A stretch of 47,369 nucleotides of DNA from positions 1-47,369 of the forward strand of contig LCKG01000006.1 of the NCBI GenBank assembly GCA_001001285.1, given 5' to 3'. The stretch comes from Parcubacteria group bacterium GW2011_GWC1_45_13. GTDB lineage: Bacteria > Patescibacteriota > Minisyncoccia > UBA11713 > 2-01-FULL-45-33. The notes below the pieces were generated by a model. The model was given only the letters and a program-made list of their open reading frames with translations, was not told the origin of the DNA and did no database searches. The first letter of the stretch is position 1. Each line of letters starts with the position of its first letter. Positions 16,896 to 26,729 of the stretch are shown here, one piece after another. A program made the translations under genes and the position numbers.

Positions 16896-18560
16896 TTCCT
16901 CAGAAACCACTCTATTTAATTCATCAAAGGACGTGATGCCAGCCAAAACTTTTAATATTCCGTCCTGATACATTTTGGCCATGCCTTGTTTTTTAGCAGT
17001 GTCCTCAACATCGGCTCGGGGCGGATTTTTTATAATCAAGCGTTCCATTTCATCATCAATTAAAAATATTTCAAAAATTCCAATGCGGCCTTTGTATCCG
17101 GTCAGATTACAAGCCTCGCATCCAGCCGCTTTCCAGATTTTAAAATCTTTTTTATCCGTCAGCTGGCAGATCTTATTATAAGCCGGAGGCAGCGCTGTAA
17201 CTTCTTTTAAAATTATTTTTTTCTCTTCTTCGGTGGGCTGATCTTCTTTTTTGCACGCCGGACAAAGTATGCGTACCAATCTTTGCGCCATCACTAAATT
17301 CACTGCTGGAGAGATAATATTAGTTTTTACCCCGAGATCTATAAGGCGGGGGATTGTTCCGGCGGCATCGTTAGTATGCAGCGTTGAAAAAACCAAATGC
17401 CCAGTGAGCGCAGCATGCATGGCGATCTCCGCGGTTTCTAAGTCGCGGATTTCTCCGACCAGTATTATGTCGGGATCCTGCCGCAAAATTGAGCGGAGAC
17501 CGTTTGAAAAATCATACCCTTTGGCCGGGTCAATCTGCGTTTGGGTGATGTTTTGAAGGTGGTATTCGATAGGATCTTCAATTGTGATTACTTTTACTTC
17601 CGGCGAGGCGATTGTTTTTAAAAAAGAATAAAGCGTAGTGGTCTTTCCAGATCCGGTAGGGCCGGTGTTGAGAATCATGCCGTTGGGTTTTTTTAATTCC
17701 GCTCTCATCATTTTATAAACCGGAGGTTGCATACCCAAATTCTCAAAAGTAATAGAGATAGTTTTTGGCAAGAGCAATCTCATAACCACGGATTCTCCGA
17801 AGGGGCCGGGCAGAACCGATGTTCTCACCTCAATGTCCTCTTCAGCGGTTTTGATTGTGAACCGTCCGTCTTGTGGTTTGTCATGAACGTTTAATTTGAG
17901 TTCGGAAATAAGTTTTATTCGGGCAAGAATCAATTGAAACAAAGCCGTGGGGATTTCCGCGATGTTCTGCAAAACGCCATCTATCCGTAACCGTATTTTA
18001 GCCTGTTTTTCCGTTGGCTCAATATGAATATCCGAGGCCTCAACCCCTAAAGCGCCAGCCAAGAGAAGCTCCAAAGCGTCTGAAGCTTTTCTAACTTCCT
18101 TTTCGTGAGCCATTATTCCCAGCATTTCTTTAAATTTAGCGAACGATCCTGTTGCTTGGGTGAAGGCGGATAATTTTTCCATGGAGACGTCTACGACGCC
18201 GGCTTTTATTTCTTCAAAACGCCGAATTTCCTTGTATCTGGAGAAAACGCGCTCTATACCAGATGGAGAAACCATGAAAAGCTGAACTTCATACTTTTTT
18301 CTTTTTAGACCATCTACAATTTCTTTAGTGCCTGAGCGGTCCGGGTTGGTGACTGCCGCCTGCAGTTTTTTCCCAACACTTTGAAAAACGGCGACGGAAT
18401 TCGCCCGGGCATCCACCTCAGGAATTATTTTAAGTGAATCCAAATCAACCGTGACGCGCGATAGATCCAGATAAACCAAGTTGTGTTTTTGGGCGAGGAC
18501 GCGCGCCAAATCTTCCTCTTCTTTTTTCCGCAATTTATCTAGAGTGTCGCTTTTAGGCAT
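16893..18560 (-). CDS. pilB: type IV pilus / type II secretion assembly ATPase (PilB/GspE family)
   Basis: Walker A (GPTGSGKTTT), Asp/His boxes (ILVGEIRD, GHLVFSTLHTND), and a tetracysteine motif (CPACKKE...CEACNLTGYKGR). Confidence 0.92.
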   Translation of the reverse strand: MPKSDTLDKLRKKEEEDLARVLAQKHNLVYLDLSRVTVDLDSLKIIPEVDARANSVAVFQSVGKKLQAAVTNPDRSGTKEIVDGLKRKKYEVQLFMVSPSGIERVFSRYKEIRRFEEIKAGVVDVSMEKLSAFTQATGSFAKFKEMLGIMAHEKEVRKASDALELLLAGALGVEASDIHIEPTEKQAKIRLRIDGVLQNIAEIPTALFQLILARIKLISELKLNVHDKPQDGRFTIKTAEEDIEVRTSVLPGPFGESVVMRLLLPKTISITFENLGMQPPVYKMMRAELKKPNGMILNTGPTGSGKTTTLYSFLKTIASPEVKVITIEDPIEYHLQNITQTQIDPAKGYDFSNGLRSILRQDPDIILVGEIRDLETAEIAMHAALTGHLVFSTLHTNDAAGTIPRLIDLGVKTNIISPAVNLVMAQRLVRILCPACKKEDQPTEEEKKIILKEVTALPPAYNKICQLTDKKDFKIWKAAGCEACNLTGYKGRIGIFEIFLIDDEMERLIIKNPPRADVEDTAKKQGMAKMYQDGILKVLAGITSFDELNRVVSEE

Positions 18561-18578
18561 ATATTAATTATAACATTA

Positions 18579-19661
18579 TTACAAAACTTTGCGGATAAAC
18601 CCACGAATTTTTAGCTCTGCTTCGGAAAATGTTGCGAATCCTTTCGCGAAAAAATATGAAGAAGTAGGAAAAGTATGCATAAATTCCGCCAACATTTTTA
18701 ATTTTAGGGCATCATTACTTGCCAGAAGCGCGTTAATTGATTTTGGGGCCGATATTAAAGAACTCTCCCAAAGCAAGGCGAAAAAATTGCTTTCCGGCCT
18801 CAAGCTCCGCATTTCCTCTAAAATGGCCGACAGACTTTCTTCGCTCTCGTTGATTTTTTCAAAATCGGTTTTGGGCAAGAACGACCAAATGGTAGCGGTT
18901 TCTTTTTCAAACGAGCTTCTGGCCAGAGCTCTTCCGAAAAGTTTCCAAAAATCCGAGGGGTGGAGAGCCTCTTTGGCTTTTTTGATTTTTTCATGCGCCA
19001 AATTTTGGTCTAAGAGCTTGCCCAAAAGCGCCAAAGTTTCTTTTTTTGGAAGATAGTTCGTTTTATCTTCGTGTGCTGCCAAAAACCAAAGCGCATCTTT
19101 AAACCCATCGGGAATTTTTCCGAAAAACACTTCCAAAATTTCAGCGGACTTTACTGCCAGGCCTTTCTCTTTAGTTGAAAGCTTTACCGCATTTTTATGC
19201 GCGGTTTCCGAAAGCAAGTCTTCCGCTTCGGCATCGGACGGATCAATTAAAAGCAGCAAATCCAACGGGACCGCTTCTTTTTCCACGGATATGGTTTTGA
19301 GGTCAAAAGATTTTACTTCCGGGCTTTCTAAAATTATTTTAAGCGCGTCGCCGTCCTGTTCGTATTTTAAAGAAGACACGGGAAGATTTTTAGTGTCCAA
19401 TTTTATTAGAATATTTTCTTTGGCGTCGAAATTTTGTCCGAATGGATTAGAGTTTTCATCAAATAAGGCGCTTACGCAATTTTTTATCCGTTCGTTTAGA
19501 GTATCCGAATCAATAGAGGACTTTTTCCCGGCTTTTAAAAAAATCTGGTGGAGAATCGCTCCGGTTAACGCTTTCGCAATATCATTGGCTTTGCACAATC
19601 TCACCGCAATGATCTCGGCGCGGTCTACCATCTCTTTGAATTTCTGCATTGATTCTGACAT
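18579..19661 (-). CDS. hypothetical protein
   Basis: Long ORF directly upstream of pilB on the same strand. No motif recognised with confidence. Confidence 0.6.
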   Translation of the reverse strand: MSESMQKFKEMVDRAEIIAVRLCKANDIAKALTGAILHQIFLKAGKKSSIDSDTLNERIKNCVSALFDENSNPFGQNFDAKENILIKLDTKNLPVSSLKYEQDGDALKIILESPEVKSFDLKTISVEKEAVPLDLLLLIDPSDAEAEDLLSETAHKNAVKLSTKEKGLAVKSAEILEVFFGKIPDGFKDALWFLAAHEDKTNYLPKKETLALLGKLLDQNLAHEKIKKAKEALHPSDFWKLFGRALARSSFEKETATIWSFLPKTDFEKINESEESLSAILEEMRSLRPESNFFALLWESSLISAPKSINALLASNDALKLKMLAEFMHTFPTSSYFFAKGFATFSEAELKIRGFIRKVL

Positions 19662-19719
19662 GATGATTAATTCCTAGCACATGGGCTTTTTGGCGCGCAA
19701 CCCCGAAAAACTCGAAAAA

Positions 19720-19728
19720 TGTGGATAA
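19720..19728 (+). promoter_or_regulatory. perfect DnaA box (TGTGGATAA)
   Basis: Exact 9-mer in an intergenic spacer. The flanking 11-mer is identical to the one at 10428. Confidence 0.45.
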
Positions 19729-19744
19729 GTCTGACGCCTTTTAT

Positions 19745-19778
19745 GGTCGGACCCCCGACCAAAGCGTCGGGGCTTTTT
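19745..19778 (+). terminator. intrinsic-terminator-like hairpin with a competing upstream hairpin
   Basis: CCCCGAC (19753-19759) pairs with GTCGGGG (19766-19772), followed by CTTTTT. The same CCGACC can instead pair with GGTCGG (19745-19750). Confidence 0.5.
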
Positions 19779-19783
19779 GGGAC

Positions 19784-19812
19784 TTGACAACAGGCTTTTT
19801 TGGGAGTATAAT
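19784..19812 (+). promoter_or_regulatory. consensus sigma70-type promoter (TTGACA-17 nt-TATAAT)
   Basis: TTGACA at 19784-19789, an exact 17-nt spacer, and TATAAT at 19807-19812. A GGAGG Shine-Dalgarno and the ATG at 19836 follow. Confidence 0.75.
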
Positions 19813-19835
19813 AGAGACAGAAATGGAGGTGCTCT

Positions 19836-20588
19836 ATGAAAAAAGTATTGTTTTCGGCTTTGGTTTTAAGCTCGTTTTCGTTTTTTTGGCTTTCGGTGCC
19901 AGCACAGGTAAGGGCCCAAGGGGTTGGATTGAGATGCGATACGCCGCATTGCCGCTATGCTCCCTATGATCGCGGCGGGCACTGGTATGGTGAGGGAAGG
20001 CATGATTACTACCAAATGCCACTTCCTATTCCCGGATATTATGCTCCAGTGCCATATCCTTATCCTGATACGGTATACGCCAGGGGCGGAATTAGTATTA
20101 TGAATCCCACACCAGGAACAAGCTTGAAGGTAGAGAAAAAAAGCGGCGGGTTTATCTGTTCGTTATTCAATTTTTGTAGCGAGGAGAAAGTGGATTTTTC
20201 TACCGCTCGTCCGCAAGCAGTTCCACCTTCACCGCAGCCAGCTTCTCTGCCAGCAGAGCCCGCAGAAAAGATAAAAGAGGAAATGATCCTGCCGGCCCCA
20301 GCCAGAGTTTTTGTGAGCGGGGACAATATGGCGGCTGTCTGGGAGGTCATAAAGGCTTTTCAGAAAAAAGGTTTCGCCATCGCGGATAGCAAAATGTCCG
20401 CGGATAAAGAAGCAAGGGTAACATATGCAAAAATCGCCACTTCGGCTCAAATCAGGCTGGAACTGGTAGATATTCAAACCGGCCTGAAGAAAATAGGCGA
20501 AAGTCCACCACGCGTTCCGCCGAAAGATGTGGCAGGTGAGATCAAAGCTTTGGGCGAGGCCGCGGCCGAGGCAGTGGCTAATCTATAG
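19836..20588 (+). CDS. secreted hypothetical protein (signal peptide, Pro-rich linker)
   Basis: MKKVLFSALVLSSFSFFWLSVPAQVRAQ signal peptide. Strong SD and consensus promoter upstream. Confidence 0.65.
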   Translation: MKKVLFSALVLSSFSFFWLSVPAQVRAQGVGLRCDTPHCRYAPYDRGGHWYGEGRHDYYQMPLPIPGYYAPVPYPYPDTVYARGGISIMNPTPGTSLKVEKKSGGFICSLFNFCSEEKVDFSTARPQAVPPSPQPASLPAEPAEKIKEEMILPAPARVFVSGDNMAAVWEVIKAFQKKGFAIADSKMSADKEARVTYAKIATSAQIRLELVDIQTGLKKIGESPPRVPPKDVAGEIKALGEAAAEAVANL

Positions 20589-20614
20589 TAAAGAGCCAGT
20601 AGTTAATTTCGGTA

Positions 20615-20646
20615 AGGGCATCCAGCAGGGTGCCCTCTTCTTTTTT
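20615..20646 (+). terminator. rho-independent terminator candidate
   Basis: AGGGCA (20615-20620) pairs with TGCCCT (20631-20636), followed by CTTCTTTTTT. Confidence 0.55.
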
Positions 20647-20667
20647 CTGTTAAAATACAATATAAAC

Positions 20668-21108
20668 ATGAAAATAGAAATTTTTACAAAAAGCGATAAA
20701 GAGACAAAGAAATTGGGCAAAGTTTTGGCGCGTGAAATTTTAAAAACGAAATCAAAAAAACGCGCGGTTGTAATTAGTTTAGGGGGAGAGCTGGGTTCTG
20801 GCAAAACCACCTTCACGCAGGGGTTTGCAAAAGGATTGGGTGTCAGGGAAACTCCACGTAGCCCAACGTTTGTGATTATGCAGATATATAGATTCAGAAC
20901 AAGAAATCTCGTGCATGTGGATGCTTATCGTTTAAACTCCCGAGATTTCCGCATGCTTAATTGGGACGATTTTATTAAAAATCCCCAGAATATAATTTTG
21001 GTTGAGTGGGGAAACAAAATAAAAAATATTTTGCCGAAAAATTCTGTAAGAATTATTTTTAAACACATCGGGCGTCCGCGCGAGCGCCTAATAAAAATAT
21101 TTATATGA
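20668..21108 (+). CDS. tsaE: tRNA threonylcarbamoyladenosine biosynthesis ATPase TsaE
   Basis: GELGSGKTTFTQGFAKGLG P-loop and about 146 aa from the internal ATG at 20668. The track start at 20527 overlaps the previous gene. Confidence 0.85.
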   Translation: MKIEIFTKSDKETKKLGKVLAREILKTKSKKRAVVISLGGELGSGKTTFTQGFAKGLGVRETPRSPTFVIMQIYRFRTRNLVHVDAYRLNSRDFRMLNWDDFIKNPQNIILVEWGNKIKNILPKNSVRIIFKHIGRPRERLIKIFI

Positions 21109-21980
21109 AAACTCTTGTTTTATTGGATACTCACGCATTAATTCATCGCGCTTATCACGCGTTGCCGAAATTCACGTCTAAAAATACCGGAGAGCCGACG
21201 GGGGCGCTCTACGGATTGTCATCAATGTTGTTTAAAGTTATTCGCGAACTAAAACCGGATTATATTGTGGCGGCTTTTGACCGGCCGGAGCCGACTTTTC
21301 GGCACGATGCCTACGATGGCTATAAAGCCAAGCGCCCGGAAGCGGAAGAAGATTTGGTTAAGCAGCTCATCCGCGCGCGCGATGTCGTGGAGGCGTTTGG
21401 CATCCCGATTTTGGATGCCCCTGGATTTGAGGCGGACGATGTTATTGGGACGATTGTTGAACAAGGCAACAAAATCAAAGATTTACAAGTAGTCATCGTT
21501 TCTGGAGACATGGATGTTTTACAACTGGTAAATGATAATCGCGTAGTTGTCTATACTTTGCGGAAGGGAATTGAAGACACGGTAATTTATGATGAAAAAA
21601 AAGTGGAGGAGCGCTACGGCTTCGGACCGAAGCAAATCCCGGATTTTAAGGGGCTGAAAGGCGACCCATCGGACAATATTATTGGAGTGAAGGGTATTGG
21701 CGAGAAAACAGCGACGGATATCATTAAAAATTTTGGGACGCTGGAGAATTTATATAAAAATTTGGCTGCGGGTAATTTAAAAGAAAGAATTTTGAAGTTG
21801 CTTTTGGACCACAAAAAAGACGCGTTCTTTTCCAAAACACTTGCCACTATCCGCCGCGACGCGCCTGTAAAATTTGATTTGCCAGAAAATGAGTTTGAAA
21901 TCCACAAACCAAAACTAAAAGTCCTATTTGAAGAACTTGGCTTTACGAGCCTAGCAACCCGCTTGGAGGCGGGTAATTAA
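21105..21980 (+). CDS. 5'-3' exonuclease (Pol I N-terminal FEN-like domain) as a separate ORF
   Basis: LLDTHALIHRAYHAL, the acidic clusters, and an H3TH motif (GVKGIGEKTA). The ORF ends exactly at the domain boundary. Confidence 0.9.
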   Translation: MKTLVLLDTHALIHRAYHALPKFTSKNTGEPTGALYGLSSMLFKVIRELKPDYIVAAFDRPEPTFRHDAYDGYKAKRPEAEEDLVKQLIRARDVVEAFGIPILDAPGFEADDVIGTIVEQGNKIKDLQVVIVSGDMDVLQLVNDNRVVVYTLRKGIEDTVIYDEKKVEERYGFGPKQIPDFKGLKGDPSDNIIGVKGIGEKTATDIIKNFGTLENLYKNLAAGNLKERILKLLLDHKKDAFFSKTLATIRRDAPVKFDLPENEFEIHKPKLKVLFEELGFTSLATRLEAGN

Positions 21981-21997
21981 AGAACTAAAATGAAGGC

Positions 21998-23611
21998 ATG
22001 GGAATGTGGGAGGACGCGGGGAAACAGGATAATTTGTATCTCCTTCCTAACGATGGGGGGCATTTGGTGTTAGGCAAATCGCGAGTTTGGGAGATTGGCG
22101 AGGAGAGTTTTAAGAAGGAAAAAGCCAGGTGGGAGAAAATCTTAGAGGAAAAATTGGTTGTCGGATTTTTTTTGAAAGACCTTATTAAGATTTTAAAGAA
22201 ATATAGAATTGCGCTGCCAAAAACAATTTTTGACTGCGGAGTGGCAATGTGGACCGCGGCAAGCTCAATCAAAACCCCAGAACTACCGCAAATCGGCGAG
22301 TTGCCGAAAATTTACTTGTCGCTGGTCAAAAACATCAAAGAAAAACAGCTAGAGAAAATTCTTTACGAAATAGAATTTCCGCTGATCCCGATTTTGGCGG
22401 AAATGGAATCAAACGGTATTGGAGTTGACGGAAAATTCTTGGAAAAATTCAAGAAAGAAATTTTGGGAAAAGCGGCGGAGCTGGAAAACAAAATTTATAA
22501 AGCCTCCGGCGCGCCGTTTAACATCAATTCCCCGGCGCAGGTAAGTGAAATACTGTTTGAAAAGCTGAAAATTGGCGGAGGCGGCAGAAGAACAAAGACC
22601 GGGCGGCGGAGCACGCGCGAATCGGAGCTTGCTAAATTTAAAGACAAGGAACCAATTGTCCGCAATGTTTTGGACTATCGCGAACTGATGAAGTTGCTTA
22701 CTACCTATATTGAGCCACTTTTGGAGCTTTCCGAAAAAGACGGCTCGCCTCGCTCACGCTTTGGCGGAGCGGGCAGGGTTCATACGACTTTTAATCAAAC
22801 TGGGACAGTAACGGGCCGGCTTTCTTCGGAAAATCCCAATTTGCAAAATATCCCGATTCGTAGCGAATTCGGAGCGAAAATCCGCGGTGCTTTCGCCGCG
22901 TCCACCGGATTTACTTTCGCCGCTTTTGATTATTCGCAGATAGAGCTTAAAATTTTAGCAGCGCTATCCGGAGACGCAAAAATGATTGAAGCGTTTAAAC
23001 GTGGCTTGGACATTCACAAATTTACCGCATCCAATATAAATAATGTCCCTATGGAAAAAGTTACGCCGGAGATGCGCGGGCGCGCCAAGACAATAAATTT
23101 CGGCATAGTTTTCGGTATGGGCACGCGGCAGCTTGCCCGGAGCACGGGCATGACTCTGGAAGAAGCGGGGAAATTTTACCGGGAATACTTTAGCGACTTT
23201 CCGCAAATCAGCGCGTATATAAATAAAGCGAAGGAAGACGTGAAGAAAAACGGCTTCACTCAAACGCTTTTTGGCCGAAAGCGCTTTTTTAATTTGGACA
23301 CTGTTTTAGGGGACGATTTTTTGGAGTCGGAAATGGAGCGGATGGCTGTGAACGCGATAATTCAGGGAACAGACGCAGATATTGTGAAAAAGGCAATGAT
23401 TGCTGTAGCCGATACTCTGGATTCCAAGAAAATCCGCCCAATTTTACAGATACACGATGAATTGTTGTACGAAATTGAAGATGATACAATAAGGGAAGCG
23501 ATTCCGCGAATCCGCTCTTTGATGGAGGGAGCGTGCCAGTTTGCAGTGCCATTGTCGGTGGACATTAAAATAGGTAAACGCTGGGGGTCGTTAAAAATTT
23601 ATGCAGAGTAA
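21998..23611 (+). CDS. polA: DNA polymerase I, polymerase domain with vestigial 3'-5' exo region
   Basis: Family A motifs A (DYSQIELKILA), B (RGRAKTINFGIVFGM) and C (QIHDELLYE). Only about 115 aa precede the polymerase domain. Confidence 0.9.
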   Translation: MGMWEDAGKQDNLYLLPNDGGHLVLGKSRVWEIGEESFKKEKARWEKILEEKLVVGFFLKDLIKILKKYRIALPKTIFDCGVAMWTAASSIKTPELPQIGELPKIYLSLVKNIKEKQLEKILYEIEFPLIPILAEMESNGIGVDGKFLEKFKKEILGKAAELENKIYKASGAPFNINSPAQVSEILFEKLKIGGGGRRTKTGRRSTRESELAKFKDKEPIVRNVLDYRELMKLLTTYIEPLLELSEKDGSPRSRFGGAGRVHTTFNQTGTVTGRLSSENPNLQNIPIRSEFGAKIRGAFAASTGFTFAAFDYSQIELKILAALSGDAKMIEAFKRGLDIHKFTASNINNVPMEKVTPEMRGRAKTINFGIVFGMGTRQLARSTGMTLEEAGKFYREYFSDFPQISAYINKAKEDVKKNGFTQTLFGRKRFFNLDTVLGDDFLESEMERMAVNAIIQGTDADIVKKAMIAVADTLDSKKIRPILQIHDELLYEIEDDTIREAIPRIRSLMEGACQFAVPLSVDIKIGKRWGSLKIYAE

Positions 23612-24608
23612 AAAAACAGTTTTCATTATTATATTGGCGATTATCGCAGTTGTTGCCTTGATATTGTTTGTTTCGCCGCCTTTTAAAACATCGCAACCGG
23701 CAACCCCTAAACGCATCGGCGTGCTTACGGCCTCCGACTTGCAACTCGCGACGATTGAGGGGATAAGGGCTGGGTTTAAGGAGTTTGGGCTCACGGAAAA
23801 CAAAGATTTTGTTATCGAACTCAGAAATCCCAAAGGGGATTTAAATTTAGTAAAAACAATGGCTACGGATATTGTGGTTTCAAAGCCGGATTTGATAGTT
23901 TCTGTGTCCACTAGCGCTTCTAGCGCCATGAAAGAAGCGGACGACGGCGCCAAAATTCCTGTTGTGGCTGTGGATGTGGGCAATTTTGCGCAGTTGGGTG
24001 TGGAAAACATTCAGCACCCCGGAGGATTTATGACAGGGGTTATTGTTGACAATGTTGTCACCGCTCCTAAACGGATGGAGATTTTAAAAACCCTTCTTCC
24101 AAAATTGAAAACCGTCGGTATTTTAGCAAATCCAGAAAACGTAAGTTATGGCAATGTTATCAAAATCTACGAGGAAGCGGCAGGCAGACTGGGCCTCCGA
24201 GCGCTTTGGTACAACGTTACTAAAAAAGAAGATATTTTGGCTGCTATGCAAAAAATGATCCGCGACGACGCTGGCGCTTTTATGACTGTTAATGACGCCG
24301 TTATTTCCGGCAATTCCAACCTTATCGTTCCACCGCTTAAGCAAGCTAAAATCCCTTCCATTGATTTTAATGTTGAGCGCGGAGTTTCTTCAGGCTATCT
24401 TATGGTTTACGGCGCCGCTCGGTTTGATGTTGGTAAACAAGGAGCTCGCATGATTTATAAAGTTATGCAGGGAGAAAAGCCAGGCGATATTCCGGTGGAG
24501 TTCTTCTCCGCTCTGACTTTTGAAATAAACACCGCTTTAGCAAGGGAGATGGATGTAAAAATCCCAGAATCTTTACTTCTTCAGGCCAGCAAGGTTTATA
24601 ATCAGTAA
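23601..24608 (+). CDS. periplasmic substrate-binding protein (ABC_sub_bind-like), orphan
   Basis: N-terminal anchor, then KRIGVLTASDLQLATIEGIRAGFKEFGL and a periplasmic-binding-fold pattern. No permease or ATPase genes nearby. Confidence 0.65.
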   Translation: MQSKKTVFIIILAIIAVVALILFVSPPFKTSQPATPKRIGVLTASDLQLATIEGIRAGFKEFGLTENKDFVIELRNPKGDLNLVKTMATDIVVSKPDLIVSVSTSASSAMKEADDGAKIPVVAVDVGNFAQLGVENIQHPGGFMTGVIVDNVVTAPKRMEILKTLLPKLKTVGILANPENVSYGNVIKIYEEAAGRLGLRALWYNVTKKEDILAAMQKMIRDDAGAFMTVNDAVISGNSNLIVPPLKQAKIPSIDFNVERGVSSGYLMVYGAARFDVGKQGARMIYKVMQGEKPGDIPVEFFSALTFEINTALAREMDVKIPESLLLQASKVYNQ

Positions 24609-24613
24609 GCGCC

Positions 24614-26689
24614 ATGAGCGAGTTTCTTTTAGGGCGGAGGTCGCAACTGTGGATTTTGGGCCTAGTTGCGATTTCGGCTTTAATTGCAGCCAACGTCGCC
24701 TGGCTTTTCCCAACATTGGAGGAAATGGACACAGGCGCTTATTTGCTTTACCGAGCCGTTGGCGTGGACGCTAGAAACCAAATCGCTTCTTTCCTAAATA
24801 GTCACGAGTTTGCGTTAAAAAACGCCGCGGATATTATTGCTCAGGGGACAGGGCGCGAGACGGAATTGATATCCAGACTTATGAAGGAAAACCCGCCGTT
24901 CGAGTCTGTGGCACTTCTTGGTTTGGATGGCGTGGAGAGATTCAAAACGCACAGATTTTTGCTTACCACCCCGGCCGACTTAAGAAACAGATCACGGGAT
25001 GAGCTTTTTAAAGCTGTAAGCCGCGGAGAGATTTATCGAGGTCCAGCGCTAATCTCCGGTATTTCGGAGCCTTTAATTACGATCGCTTTGCCATTAAGAA
25101 GAGAATCCGGTTTTTCTGCGATTGTTGCAGATATTAATTTAAAATTTTTACTGGACGTCGTTCGTGGAATAACGACAGGAGATAGAGGTGTGGCTTATAT
25201 TATTGATCGCGATGGCTATATAATTGCCCATCCCAATTCGTCTTTAGTATTCGGCCGCGTCAATGTGCTGGAAAGAAAAATTATCACCGCCACCTTATCC
25301 GGCCGCGAAGCCGACACGCGCAACTCTGATTTTATCTATAAAAATGAGAAGGGAGAAGACATATTCGCTGTAGCTTTACCGTTTGAACTAACCAACTGGG
25401 CTTTGGTTGTTGAGGCACCAAAATCCGTGGCTTTAGCATCTTCCAGAAGAATTCTTTCCGCTGCGCTTATTTCGTTCGGTTTGGAAATAGTGCTTTTGCT
25501 ACTCTTAATTTGGAACTATTTTAATTTAATCAAGACAGCGACGCTTTTTTACAGCGAACGCAACCAGCGCGAAGCCATTTTAAACAGCTTATCTGACGGG
25601 GTAGTTGAATATAACGACAAATCGGAGATAGTTTTAATGAACCCGAAAGCGGAGGAGCTCTTAAATGTCAAATTTAAAGATATACGCGGACTGGCTATAT
25701 CTCCGGACATCGCAAAAACCAATCCAAAAATGAAAGGCCTGGTTGAACTTATGTATCCGGCACTAGCGCCTTACGCATCCCAGACGCGCGAGATTGTCGG
25801 AACGCTTGCGAAAACAATGGAGGTGCATATTTCCAGCCCAGAGCTTAAATTGCTGGTGACAATAACTCAGGTTGTTGAAGAGAGCGGCAGGGTCCGTGGA
25901 TTTTTGAAAATATTGCACGACGTCTCCAGAGAACGATTATTAGGGAGAATGAAATCGGAATTCGTGTCTATCGCGGCGCATCAGCTTCGCACGCCACTCT
26001 CCGCAATCAAGTGGACGCTACAATTGCTTCTCGACGGAGACGCCGGCGCTTTGAGCAAAGAGCAAGGAGATTTTTTGGCCAAAGGATATGAAATCAACGA
26101 GAGGATGATAAAGCTCGTAAATGACCTTCTCTCCGCCGCTAGGATTGAAGAGGGTAGATTCGGCTACGAATTTGCCGAAGTAAATCTGTCGGAATTCTTG
26201 GAGAACGCGATTGCTGGATACGCCGATATAGCCCAAAGGAAAGAGATAACTTTTTCTTTTAAAGACAAAGCAGGCAAGTTGTCGCCAATTTATGCGGATG
26301 CGGAGAAATTATCCTTAGCGTTTAATAATTTATTGGACAACGCCGTAAAATATACCGCTGGTAGTGGCAAGATTGCCGTAACATTGTCAAGAGAAGGAAA
26401 TTTCGCTACGGTCAGTGTTGCGGACACCGGCGTGGGCATACCGACGGAAGAAAACAAGAGGGTATTTTCAAAATTTTTCCGCGCATCAAATGTTATCAGG
26501 ATGGAAACAGAAGGAACCGGACTCGGGCTTTTCATAGCGAAGAACATTATCAGGCGGCACGGCGGCGATATTAGCTTTGTATCTAAAGTTGGCAACGGCA
26601 CTACTTTTACCCTTGCGCTACCTTTAAAAAAAGAGTTGGTGCCGAAAGAAGAAAAGCCGGAGTTGGAGGAATTTTTAGGTTCGGTTTGA
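24614..26689 (+). CDS. sensor histidine kinase (TM - Cache-like - TM - PAS - HisKA - HATPase)
   Basis: H-box (SIAAHQLRTPLS), N-box (LLDNAVKYT), G-boxes (DTGVGIP, GTGLGLFIA), two TM segments flanking an extracytoplasmic domain, and a PAS segment (ILNSLSDGVVEYN). Confidence 0.9.
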   Translation: MSEFLLGRRSQLWILGLVAISALIAANVAWLFPTLEEMDTGAYLLYRAVGVDARNQIASFLNSHEFALKNAADIIAQGTGRETELISRLMKENPPFESVALLGLDGVERFKTHRFLLTTPADLRNRSRDELFKAVSRGEIYRGPALISGISEPLITIALPLRRESGFSAIVADINLKFLLDVVRGITTGDRGVAYIIDRDGYIIAHPNSSLVFGRVNVLERKIITATLSGREADTRNSDFIYKNEKGEDIFAVALPFELTNWALVVEAPKSVALASSRRILSAALISFGLEIVLLLLLIWNYFNLIKTATLFYSERNQREAILNSLSDGVVEYNDKSEIVLMNPKAEELLNVKFKDIRGLAISPDIAKTNPKMKGLVELMYPALAPYASQTREIVGTLAKTMEVHISSPELKLLVTITQVVEESGRVRGFLKILHDVSRERLLGRMKSEFVSIAAHQLRTPLSAIKWTLQLLLDGDAGALSKEQGDFLAKGYEINERMIKLVNDLLSAARIEEGRFGYEFAEVNLSEFLENAIAGYADIAQRKEITFSFKDKAGKLSPIYADAEKLSLAFNNLLDNAVKYTAGSGKIAVTLSREGNFATVSVADTGVGIPTEENKRVFSKFFRASNVIRMETEGTGLGLFIAKNIIRRHGGDISFVSKVGNGTTFTLALPLKKELVPKEEKPELEEFLGSV

Positions 26690-26729
26690 CGTGTATATAA
26701 AAATGGAGATGTGATACAATGATATTATT

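Noticed and set aside
20527-20667. 47-aa extension of the tsaE ORF
   Set aside because: It overlaps the 3' end of the previous gene and its terminator hairpin. The canonical TsaE N-terminus begins at ATG 20668.
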